Assembly (NCBI GenBank): GCA_965205345.1
Contig: CBDBGQ010000039.1
Span: forward strand, 19,600-83,599
DNA from: Acidobacteriota bacterium
Lineage (GTDB): Bacteria; Acidobacteriota; UBA6911; RPQK01; CBDAPI01
DNA: 64,000 nucleotides
Direction of reading: 5' to 3'
In this document: positions 9,544 through 17,452 of the stretch, one piece after another
Position numbering within the stretch: the first letter of the stretch is position 1
Layout of the letters: each line of letters opens with the position of its first letter
Notes under the pieces: model-generated
Seen by the model: the letters and a program-made list of their open reading frames with translations, nothing else
What the model was told of the DNA's origin: nothing
Database searches by the model: none
Program-made: the position numbers and the translations under genes

Positions 9544-10031
9544 GCTCACCGCGTTTTACCTTTGACCTGGAGGGCGAGCTTCAAAACTTAGAAAGTGAAG
9601 TTGCGAATCCTGCGAATCCTGCGAATCGTGACCATAACATTCGCAACATTCGCAGCCAGGCGGATCTGAATTTGAAAGATAACTCGGGTCATATCACCCA
9701 GGACGATCATTCTTGGCGGAACTTTTACCCGGACCTGGCCCCGGCAGACTTTGAGATCACAGAGACAACCGGAGGCATCGCCGGACGAAAGATCAACGGA
9801 ACGATGGTCGGCACCGTTGGGTTCTTTATTCCCTGGGGGATGCTGGAAAAGGGACCACCACCACCGACTAACAGGAAGAGTCCGACACGGGCAGAGGGGG
9901 GCTTCTCAAGGCTTCACATTCCGAACCAAACCAACCCCGGCAAGGTGGATGTTTGGAGGTGTGGCGAGAGGGTGGATCCACCCCAGCTCAAATTCTGGTT
10001 TGTGAAAACAGTAAAGAGGGAGTGGACATAG
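9540..10031 (+). CDS. hypothetical protein (island remnant)
   Basis: 163-aa ORF with an ATGA overlap to the preceding fragment. It contains in-frame 9-nt repeats (ANPANPANR, NIRNIR). No family recognised, and coding status is uncertain. Confidence 0.3.
   Translation: MSSPRFTFDLEGELQNLESEVANPANPANRDHNIRNIRSQADLNLKDNSGHITQDDHSWRNFYPDLAPADFEITETTGGIAGRKINGTMVGTVGFFIPWGMLEKGPPPPTNRKSPTRAEGGFSRLHIPNQTNPGKVDVWRCGERVDPPQLKFWFVKTVKREWT
9602..9653. repeat. iteron-like 9-mers: 3x TGCGAATCN followed by 2x inverted AACATTCGC
   Basis: Read directly: TGCGAATCC TGCGAATCC TGCGAATCG at 9602-9628, and AACATTCGC AACATTCGC at 9636-9653. GCGAAT and ATTCGC are reverse complements. Confidence 0.7.
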
Positions 10032-10413
10032 GAGTGACCGCAGAAACCGGCATCCTCGGACCTAGAGGAAGTCGTAGCCGAGAGCTTGTTGACCAGCGGG
10101 ACTTGGGCCTTTTTGGCTGCCCCCCAGGAGCCCTTCCTGCCGAATCAATCGGTTCAGGTCGCCGAAGAGCTTCAGCTTGGGGGGCTCATAAGGCTTGCGG
10201 GGCATGGGCTAAGAATACCCGAGCCTGGCCAGGGTCACAAGGTGGCACAGGTGCCAGAGCAGTGATGATGATGAGGGAACAGCAACTGACCACCTGAAGC
10301 GATCATTGAGTAAGGACAAGTCATGCTGGGTTCCGGAAGACACCGGCCTCATGGACAGACCTTACCTCATGGATGGAATTACATAGAAGAGCTCAGAAGG
10401 AGGAAAACACTGG

Positions 10414-10725
10414 ATGAGATGTGAAGCCCAGAGCAAGCAAAGCGGCAACCGTTGCAAGCGTAGCTCTATCCCCGGGGGTACGGTCTGCTCCATGCATGGT
10501 GGTAAAACACCGGCTGTCATTGCCGAACGTTCCGAGATGGCAACCATGGCCCTGAAAATGGGTGATCTGTGCCAACGAGTTCAGTTCGGCACGGTTGATA
10601 ACCGTGCCCTACGAACGGCAAGCTGCCAATCGCAGGTTCGGCAACAGGCTCATCTTTCACTTTCCTCCTCGAAGATGGGTATTTATGGCGAGAGACCGGA
10701 TGATGTTATATTGAACTTTACTTGA
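10414..10725 (+). CDS. hypothetical protein with HGGxSTG-like cysteine/HGG motif (mobile-element associated)
   Basis: N-terminus CEAQSKQSGNRCKRSSIPGGTVCSMHGGKTP fits the C-x(8-10)-C-x(10)-C-x2-HGG pattern of phage/island HGGxSTG-type proteins. AGGAGG RBS upstream. Confidence 0.4.
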   Translation: MRCEAQSKQSGNRCKRSSIPGGTVCSMHGGKTPAVIAERSEMATMALKMGDLCQRVQFGTVDNRALRTASCQSQVRQQAHLSLSSSKMGIYGERPDDVILNFT

Positions 10726-10846
10726 AAGACAAAAGATTTCAACAATATTTGCCCCGTTCCTGTAGGTGGATGGGTAAGCTAGCCACGAGTTTCCCAGAGC
10801 CGGTTTTTATTGCCCCGGGGTACCCTGCAGAGTAGATTAGGAAGCA

Positions 10847-13315
10847 ATGATGATCAGGTTGTGGGTAGCGCTGTTGCTGCCATTCGTAAGTTGGGAGTTG
10901 GCGGCTGCGGATAATGGAGCAGTCTTCCGCCAACAACTCTTGCCGATTCTCCAGGCTCAATGTGCATCCTGCCATGATGGGCCAACCCCGCAGAACAACT
11001 TTTCTGTCTCGAGCCTGGAAAGCCTCCTTCGAGGAGGGAAAAACGGCCCCGCCGTTGTTCCGGGTTCTGCCCGCGACAGTCTTTTGATGCAATACGTCCG
11101 GGGCGAGCGGATGCCCCAAATGCCGTTGGGAGGAGCCCTTACGGCGCCCGTAATCCTGCAGTTGGCCGAAGCGCTTGATTCGATGGCTCCCTTAGCGAAG
11201 CCCGACCGAGTTGCTGACGGGCATTGGGGATGGTTATTGCGCAAGCCAGAGTCCCCGCCGATTCCCGAAGTGAAGAGCTACGACCGGGTAGAAAATCCGA
11301 TTGATGCTTTCATTCTTGCCCAACTGGAAGCGAAGGGCCTCAGGCCCGCGCCGCAGGCCGACCGACGCGCGCTGATCCGGCGATTATACTTCGACTTGAT
11401 CGGGCTGCCGCCCCCTCCCGAGGAGGTCCGCAGCTTTCTGCATGACTCCGACCCAGAAAGTTACGAGAAACTGATCAATCGACTCCTCGACGATCCCGGC
11501 TACGGAGAACGTTGGGCGCGCCACTGGTTGGATCTGGTGCGCTATGCAGAGTCGAACGGCTTTGCCACCGACATCGAACGGCCTACGGCCTGGCGATACC
11601 GGGATTATGTCATCCGCTCGTTCAACCGGGACACGCCCTTTGACGTTTTCATTAAAGAACAACTGGCCGGTGATGAACTGGTCGAGAACCTGAAATCGGA
11701 CGAGGACATGAAGCCGGAACGGTTGGTGGCTCTGGGCTTTCTGCGAATGGGGCCTTTTGAAGCTGATGCGAACTCCAAGAGAAAACTGCGGCAGGATTTC
11801 TTGAACGAGATCACCAAGACCACCAGTTCGGTCTTTCTGGGAGTGACAGTAGGATGCGCGCAGTGCCACGACCATAAGTACGATCCCATCTCCCAGAAGG
11901 ATTTCTACCGGATGCAGGCCTTCTTCGCCGCCACCCGCCGGGATGAGAGACGTGCTCCCTTCTTCGAGGCGGAGAGCCCGCGGAAGATGAGGGAGCGATA
12001 CCGCTTCTACGAGGATGAGGTGGAGCGGGCAACCGAGGAATTCCACAGCCGGCAGGAGAAGCTGGTCGCACGGTTCCGGGAGATGAAGAACATTCCGGAA
12101 GACGACCCGGCGGTGAAGGAGTTCTTGACGGAGCTGGACGTTCCAAATGCCTTTTTCCAGGAGCGGGGCGACCCCATCTTCAGCGAAGAGGTCTGGACCG
12201 CTTATCTGAAAGCGAAGGACGAAAAGGCTCGTCTTAAAGAGCTGTTGGAACGCCATCAGCCGTTGGCTTGTGCCGTGTCGGACATGGTCCCTCCAGAAGT
12301 GCCCGATGTCGTAGACACATACGTGTTGGCGGGAGGCGAACTGGATAGCAAAAGTGAAAAGGTCAATCCGGGCTTTCCGGAGGGTCTCACCGGGAAGCTG
12401 GAAGATGCCAAGATTCCTTACCGCGGCGGGGTTGCACGTTACAAGGGGAGTACAGGCCGCCGACTGGCATTGGCCGAATGGATTGCAAGCCCCGAGAATC
12501 CACTTACGGCGCGGGTCATGGTCAACCGCCTCTGGCAGCACCATTTCGGCCAGGGACTGGTTCGCACTCCAAGCGATTTCGGAATCAACGGGGAGCGGCC
12601 GACTCATCCGGAACTGCTCGACTGGCTTGCAGTTCGGTTCATCGAGGAAAAGTGGAGCGTCAAGGCGATGCACAAATTGATGCTCACCTCTCAAACTTAC
12701 CGCCAGTCCACTGAGCACCCGGAGTGGCAGGTCTGTTCCCAGACAGACCCCGAGAACCGTTATTTGTGGCGGATGAACTGGACTCGGCTGGAGGCGGAGG
12801 TGCTGCGGGACTCGATCCTGGCGCTCAGCGGGCGGCTGAATCAAGCTCGGAGCGGGCCCAGCGTTTTGTTGGATGTTCCCGAGGATGTAGCCGAAGGGTA
12901 CGAGATGTTCAAATGGTTTGCTTCGGAGGAAGAGGAACAGCGGCGGCGAAGTGTCTACGCCTTCCAGAGGCGCTCGGTAGGCTCCTCTTTTATGCAGACC
13001 TTCGATGTAGCCAATATGGGTGCGTCCTGCTCCCGTCGAAGCGTGACGACGGTTGCCCCCCAGGCCCTCACTCTTCTGAACGGCAAATTGACGAACACCG
13101 AAGCTCGGCACTTCGCAGAGCGCATCCTGAGAGAGGTCGAAATGGATCAGGAGGAGCCTGTCGAACGCGCTTTCTGGTCTGTTTTGAGTCGTCCTCCGTC
13201 CGAGCAGGAAAAGCGAGATGCGCTTAAGCTGCTGGCCCGAACGACACCGGTCGAGGGGCTCACGCGCCTGGGCGTGGTTCTGTTCAACCTGAACGAATTT
13301 CTCTATCTGGAGTAA
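10847..13315 (+). CDS. PSCyt (CxxCH) + DUF1549 + DUF1553 domain protein (PSD1 family)
   Basis: Signal peptide, CASCHDGP haem-binding-like motif, then ENPIDAFILAQLE...RRLYFDLIGLPP (DUF1549) and CAQCHDHKYDPISQKDFY...VNRLWQHHFGQGLV (DUF1553) signatures. Confidence 0.9.
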   Translation: MMIRLWVALLLPFVSWELAAADNGAVFRQQLLPILQAQCASCHDGPTPQNNFSVSSLESLLRGGKNGPAVVPGSARDSLLMQYVRGERMPQMPLGGALTAPVILQLAEALDSMAPLAKPDRVADGHWGWLLRKPESPPIPEVKSYDRVENPIDAFILAQLEAKGLRPAPQADRRALIRRLYFDLIGLPPPPEEVRSFLHDSDPESYEKLINRLLDDPGYGERWARHWLDLVRYAESNGFATDIERPTAWRYRDYVIRSFNRDTPFDVFIKEQLAGDELVENLKSDEDMKPERLVALGFLRMGPFEADANSKRKLRQDFLNEITKTTSSVFLGVTVGCAQCHDHKYDPISQKDFYRMQAFFAATRRDERRAPFFEAESPRKMRERYRFYEDEVERATEEFHSRQEKLVARFREMKNIPEDDPAVKEFLTELDVPNAFFQERGDPIFSEEVWTAYLKAKDEKARLKELLERHQPLACAVSDMVPPEVPDVVDTYVLAGGELDSKSEKVNPGFPEGLTGKLEDAKIPYRGGVARYKGSTGRRLALAEWIASPENPLTARVMVNRLWQHHFGQGLVRTPSDFGINGERPTHPELLDWLAVRFIEEKWSVKAMHKLMLTSQTYRQSTEHPEWQVCSQTDPENRYLWRMNWTRLEAEVLRDSILALSGRLNQARSGPSVLLDVPEDVAEGYEMFKWFASEEEEQRRRSVYAFQRRSVGSSFMQTFDVANMGASCSRRSVTTVAPQALTLLNGKLTNTEARHFAERILREVEMDQEEPVERAFWSVLSRPPSEQEKRDALKLLARTTPVEGLTRLGVVLFNLNEFLYLE

Positions 13316-13318
13316 GCC

Positions 13319-13447
13319 ATGGATTTTCTTGACAACCGAAGGAAATTTCTCTACTAGAGCCTGACCGGATTGGGGGGATTAGCGCTGCTGGACCTGCTGA
13401 ACCAGGATCTCCTGGCAGGTTCCACTGACAAACCCACCCTTGCATGA
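13319..13447 (+). pseudogene. N-terminal remnant of a DUF1501 (Tat-signal sulfatase-like) gene, the usual partner of DUF1553 proteins
   Basis: MDFLDNRRKFLY*SLTGLGGLALLDLLNQDLLAGSTDKPTLA*. It has a twin-arginine motif, an in-frame TAG at 13355-13357, and ends after about 42 codons, 113 nt before the tmRNA 3' end. Confidence 0.5.
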
Positions 13448-13560
13448 GATGGCAAGACATCTCCTGAGACGTTGTGAAACAGCTAATGACTGTAAATAAT
13501 TGATTTTACTGAAGATATGGAGAAGATTGAGACAGACTGAGACGGCCTGAAACTATAAAT

Positions 13561-13920
13561 TGGTGGAGGCGGTGGGAATCGAACCCACGTCCGGAAATGT
13601 TCCACAGTAGACTCTACATGCTTATCTGGTTTCGGGTTATCCGTCGCAAAGGCATAAGAAACCAGCAAATAGGCCCAGACGACGGTTCCCCAGTAAGGTT
13701 CTCACGATTCCCCTGGAGAAACCGGGAATCACGAAAAGCCCGTTGAATCGACGCCCCACCTTCTGCCACGGGCAGCAAAAAACGGAACGGCTGCGTTTAT
13801 TACGCAGCTAGTGCTAACTGATCGTTGGCAGTTATGCTTTTGACCGTAGATTAACGAGGGTACGGACACCTCGGCATGCATCTACCGCTTCAACTACTTC
13901 CGTCGAAGCCGGTCGCCCCC
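13561..13920 (-). ncRNA. ssrA: transfer-messenger RNA (tmRNA)
   Basis: 5' end GGGGGCGACCGGCTTCGACGG. 3' end GTGGGTTCGATTCCCACCGCCTCCACCA (T-arm plus acceptor plus CCA). Internal tag reading frame GCC AAC GAT CAG TTA GCA CTA GCT GCG TAA TAA encodes ANDQLALAA**. Confidence 0.92.
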
Positions 13921-14089
13921 GATCTCAGTTGCTATTGTAATACAAATCCCCGGTAAGCGGGGATTTCAAATTGCTGAGTGGCCAAGATGCTGACAAACTG
14001 ACAGCTGCCAATTGGCATGGGAAAATGTAGGAGTGGGTTCCATCCCGCGATCTGATCGGGATCGGACCCTGATCACGACATAACAAGCA

Positions 14090-14117
14090 GAACCCAGAAC
14101 CCAGAACCTAGAACCCA
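14090..14117. repeat. heptamer array (GAACCYA)4 ending 3 nt before an ATG
   Basis: GAACCCA GAACCCA GAACCTA GAACCCA ccc ATG, read directly. Confidence 0.9.
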
Positions 14118-14120
14118 CCC

Positions 14121-15353
14121 ATGTTCCTACTCTGGTTTTCTCTTCTGGTCCTCGCACTGGCCGAGGGGATGAACTCTCTTCGAGGCGGCTTGCGCCAGTT
14201 CCGGTGTTGGATGGCCGCACCAGGAGGACCTGGAGAAGAAGACGGGAAACGTTTTTCACCGGTGGTCGTGATCGTGCCGTGCCGGGGCCTGGATCAGGGA
14301 TTCAAGAAAAATATGGAGGCTTTGTTCGGCCTTGAGTGTCCGGACTTCCGACTCATTTTTGCAGTCGACTCCGAATCCGACCCGGCTATTGCGAAGCTGG
14401 TGAGTCTCCAGCAGCAGCATGCCGGCACAACTTCCGAGATTCTGACCGCTGGACCCGCCAGGGACTGTGGTCAGAAAGTGCACAACCTGCTCTTCGCAGT
14501 GGATCACCTGCCGCTGGAGACCCGGTCTCTGGTCTTGGCAGACTCGGATATCAGACCACTTCCTGACTGGTTGAGCGCCCTGACCCGAACACTGGGGCGG
14601 GAAGGGACCGGACTGGCCTCCGGCTTTCGCTGGTACCTGCCTTCTGAAAAGACCTCCTTTGGCTCTCTCCTCCGCTCTGCCTGGAACGGAGGAATCCTCT
14701 CGATGATGAGCCCAGAGGACAGTTTTTTCGGGTGGGGAGGGGCTCTGGCCTGCTCCCGGCAGGTCTTCGATGAGTGCGGGGCCAGGGAATCCTGGAAGGG
14801 CTCCCTCAGTGACGACTACTCTCTATCCGCTGCAGTTCGGGCTCACGGCTACAAGATCCGCTTTGTTCCAAGGGCCCTGAGTCTCAGCCACGGCACCTGT
14901 TCACTCGGAGAACTGCTCCGCTGGAGTGCTCGACAGACGGCGATTACTCGTGTTTATCACCCGAACCTCTGGAGGCTGACCTGGGTGTCACAGTTCCTTT
15001 ATGGAGCTGCCGTCTGGGCAACTCCCGTTCTGATCTGTCTCCCCGGTTCCTTTTCCCAGCTCACCCTGATCGACCGGTTGGTTCTGGGAACAATGGGATT
15101 GCTGGTTGCCGGGCTCAGCGGCGTGAAAGCCCAGCTTCGCCTCAACGCCGTGGCCGCCATTCTCTCCGAGAAGTCAGATCAGATTCTGCGCCACGCCTGG
15201 TTTTACAGACTGGCACCTCCACTCTGCAACCTGGTGACTCTCCTGGCGCTGGCTCGTTCACTGTTCTGCAGGGAGATTGAGTGGCGGGGGATTCGGTACC
15301 AGATGCTTTCGCCGGCCGAAACCAGGATCCTTTCCCGGTCGCAGCCAGAATGA
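14121..15353 (+). CDS. glycosyltransferase family 2/21 (ceramide glucosyltransferase / HpnI-like)
   Basis: VVVIVPCRGLDQG...LADSDIRPLPDWL...GELLRWSARQ motifs and multiple C-terminal TM helices. Confidence 0.75.
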   Translation: MFLLWFSLLVLALAEGMNSLRGGLRQFRCWMAAPGGPGEEDGKRFSPVVVIVPCRGLDQGFKKNMEALFGLECPDFRLIFAVDSESDPAIAKLVSLQQQHAGTTSEILTAGPARDCGQKVHNLLFAVDHLPLETRSLVLADSDIRPLPDWLSALTRTLGREGTGLASGFRWYLPSEKTSFGSLLRSAWNGGILSMMSPEDSFFGWGGALACSRQVFDECGARESWKGSLSDDYSLSAAVRAHGYKIRFVPRALSLSHGTCSLGELLRWSARQTAITRVYHPNLWRLTWVSQFLYGAAVWATPVLICLPGSFSQLTLIDRLVLGTMGLLVAGLSGVKAQLRLNAVAAILSEKSDQILRHAWFYRLAPPLCNLVTLLALARSLFCREIEWRGIRYQMLSPAETRILSRSQPE

Positions 15354-15477
15354 TCCGCGACCTCCCGGTAACGTGTGCGGGCTTTGCTATGATTCCGGCA
15401 TCGAAGCAAGACGAACTGCCCGCTGGGAGCTTTCGTTTTGACGACTCGAACGGAGTCCTAACGGAGAGACAAATCCA

Positions 15478-16392
15478 ATGATCCGGCTGCTTCAACGCCG
15501 TCTGCTGGAGACGGCAATTCTTGTCTTTCTCCTCTCTCTTCTGATCTTTGGACTGTTTGCAGCCATACCGGGTGACTACCTGAGCGAGATGGAGCTCAAC
15601 CCTGCGATTCCAGCCTCACAGGTCGAACGCATGCGTACTGAGTTCGGTCTGGATCAACCTTTCCATCTTCAATACTTCAAGTGGCTCGGCCAGATCGTGC
15701 AGGGCAATTTCGGGTATTCTTTTGCCCAGCGGCGACCTGCCACCAGCCTGATCGCCGAAAGAGCGGTGAACACCTTGATGCTGGCCTGCTTCGCACTGCT
15801 CTTTTCGCTGGGCCTGGCCCTGCCACTGGCGGTCGTCTCTTCTCTCTATTTCAATCGGTGGCCAGATCACCTCTCCAGGATCATTTCCCTCGGCGGGATG
15901 TCCATTCCTACACTCCTCACTTCCCTGCTTTTCCTCTATCTGGCCTTTCTGACCGGCTGGTTCCCGATCGGGGGTGCAGGGACTCTCCGACACGTTGTCC
16001 TGCCCGCGCTGACCCTGGCTCTTCCCCTGTTTCCCTTCCTGACACGAACCCTTCGACTGGAGCTCGTGGATGCCCTGTCTCAGCCTTTCATCACGGCCCT
16101 CAGGAGCAAGGGCCTACCCAGGTGGCGTGTCTTCTGGTATGCCTTCCGATACGCTCTGAATCCGATCATATCCCTGTCCGGCCTCATCGTGGGCGGGCTC
16201 CTGAGCGGTTCGATCGTGGTTGAGAGAGTCTTCAGCTGGCCGGGGCTGGGAGAACTGACGGTCGCTTCGATTCTGTCCAGAGACCTTTATGTCGCCTTGA
16301 ATTGCGTGCTGGTGGCCAGTGGGATGGTGATCATTGCCAACCTTGCCGCCGACATTGTTCTGGCCTGCAACGACCCCCGGGTGAGAGCATGA
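15478..16392 (+). CDS. ABC transporter permease (peptide/nickel, DppB/OppB-like)
   Basis: 304 aa, 6 TM segments, and the N-terminal MIRLLQRRLLETAILVFLLSLLIF pattern typical of the BPD_transp_1 OppB family. Confidence 0.9.
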   Translation: MIRLLQRRLLETAILVFLLSLLIFGLFAAIPGDYLSEMELNPAIPASQVERMRTEFGLDQPFHLQYFKWLGQIVQGNFGYSFAQRRPATSLIAERAVNTLMLACFALLFSLGLALPLAVVSSLYFNRWPDHLSRIISLGGMSIPTLLTSLLFLYLAFLTGWFPIGGAGTLRHVVLPALTLALPLFPFLTRTLRLELVDALSQPFITALRSKGLPRWRVFWYAFRYALNPIISLSGLIVGGLLSGSIVVERVFSWPGLGELTVASILSRDLYVALNCVLVASGMVIIANLAADIVLACNDPRVRA

Positions 16393-17420
16393 CTCGGACG
16401 ATTCTCCCTGGTATGGCCCTGTTGCTTCTGCTCTTCATTTACGCAGGAGCGTGGCTGGCTCCTGTCATTGCCCCCTACTCGCACCGGCATCAGTTCAGAG
16501 ATTTCGCCTTGGCACCTCCTTCCCGAATAGTATTTCAGAGCCAGACTGGAGCCCGGGGTCCGGCCTTTCACCCCATCCGGCGTCTGGACCTGAACCCCAC
16601 TTATGAACAAACCGGTGTTCTGGTTCCCATCCGCTTTTTCGTGAAGTCGGAAGCTTACACTTGGATGGGCCTGGAATTCCAAACTCATCTGTTCGGCTCC
16701 AGCGATGAGGCACAGCCCCTGTTTTTGCTTGGAACTGACGAACTGGGTCGAGACATCTTCTCCCGGATCCTGATTGGTTCGAGATACTCGTTGAGCATTG
16801 GTCTGGCTGCCATCTTCCTCACACTGGTCCTGGGCGTGCTGATGGGATCCCTGTCCGGTTATTTCGAAGGGTGGACTGATCGAATCGTGATGCGCATCTC
16901 TGATCTTTTCCTGTCCATACCGGGGCTCTTTCTGGTCCTGGGGATGCGGGCCATTTTCCCGGACCTGAGCGGCCGGCTCGGCCTCTATGTACTGATCGTC
17001 GCTACCTTTACATTACTGGGCTGGGCCTCTGTTGCCCGGGTGGTTCGAGGCCAGGTTCTGTCCCTCAAACAACGGGAGCACGTTCTTTACGCTGTCTCCT
17101 GCGGGGCTTCCCATGCCCGGATCCTGCTCCGGCACATCCTCCCTTTCACCCGGAACTTTCTGTTGGTTCAGGGATCGGTTCTTCTGCCTGCGTACATCAT
17201 CGGAGAGGTCACACTCACCTTCCTCGGACTGGGAGTGCAGGAACCGGACGTCAGCTGGGGGAACCTGCTGCAGGACGCCGCCTCCCTGAGGGCCCTGAGT
17301 GACTTCCCCTGGCTCCTGGCACCGGCTCTGGTCACCCTGCTCTCGGTACTGGCTTTCAGTTACGTGGCCGACGAGCTGAAGCTGATCATGGATGAACAGC
17401 GGAGCCTGGTTGGGTTCTAG
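16389..17420 (+). CDS. ABC transporter permease (DppC/OppC-like)
   Basis: ATGA overlap with the upstream permease. LGTDELGRDIFSRILIGSRYSL is the OppC signature. The TAG stop (17418-17420) lies inside the first GGTTCTA repeat unit. Confidence 0.9.
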   Translation: MTRTILPGMALLLLLFIYAGAWLAPVIAPYSHRHQFRDFALAPPSRIVFQSQTGARGPAFHPIRRLDLNPTYEQTGVLVPIRFFVKSEAYTWMGLEFQTHLFGSSDEAQPLFLLGTDELGRDIFSRILIGSRYSLSIGLAAIFLTLVLGVLMGSLSGYFEGWTDRIVMRISDLFLSIPGLFLVLGMRAIFPDLSGRLGLYVLIVATFTLLGWASVARVVRGQVLSLKQREHVLYAVSCGASHARILLRHILPFTRNFLLVQGSVLLPAYIIGEVTLTFLGLGVQEPDVSWGNLLQDAASLRALSDFPWLLAPALVTLLSVLAFSYVADELKLIMDEQRSLVGF

Positions 17421-17452
17421 GTTCTAGGTTCTAGGTTCTGGGTTCTAGGTTC
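17413..17452. repeat. heptamer array (GGTTCTR)5.7, left half of an array split by the IS
   Basis: GGTTCTA x3, GGTTCTG, GGTTCTA, GGTTC, then the IS terminus. Confidence 0.9.

Noticed and set aside
10062-10205. 47-aa minus-strand ORF MPRKPYEPPKLKLFGDLNRLIRQEGLLGGSQKGPSPAGQQALGYDFL, whose start resembles RiPP/lasso-type leaders (YxxP...L...G).
   Set aside because: There are no maturation genes (cyclase, protease, RRE, transporter) nearby. There is no Thr at the expected -2 position, and no Gly-x6-8-Asp/Glu core that could form a lasso ring. The ORF is too short and compositionally ordinary to support a claim, and it sits in a decayed island.
11384-13111. Very long ORFs antisense to clear genes. 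These include 11384..13111(-), 26617..28212(-), 36938..38290(-), 44393..45388(-), 48775..49908(+), 50033..50935(-), 51479..52453(-), 52392..53618(+), 55895..56995(+), 58944..59777(-) and 131..724(+).
   Set aside because: Each lies fully inside, and opposite to, a gene with unmistakable family motifs (PSD1, uvrA, sulfatase, polB, SDR, VKOR-DsbA and others). Their translations are Arg/Pro/Gly-rich and low in complexity, as expected for shadow frames in high-GC DNA.
9115-13575. An intact prophage or integrative element at tmRNA.
   Set aside because: There are no integrase, excisionase, capsid or conjugation genes. The only replication-type gene is a 3' fragment. It is reported only as a decayed island.
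13946-13968. Hairpin AAATCCCC-ggtaagc-GGGGATTT upstream of ssrA as a terminator or tmRNA promoter element, with TACAAT at about 13934-13939 on the minus strand.
   Set aside because: No upstream gene is oriented so as to need a terminator here. I could not find a convincing -35 at proper spacing. It is left unannotated.
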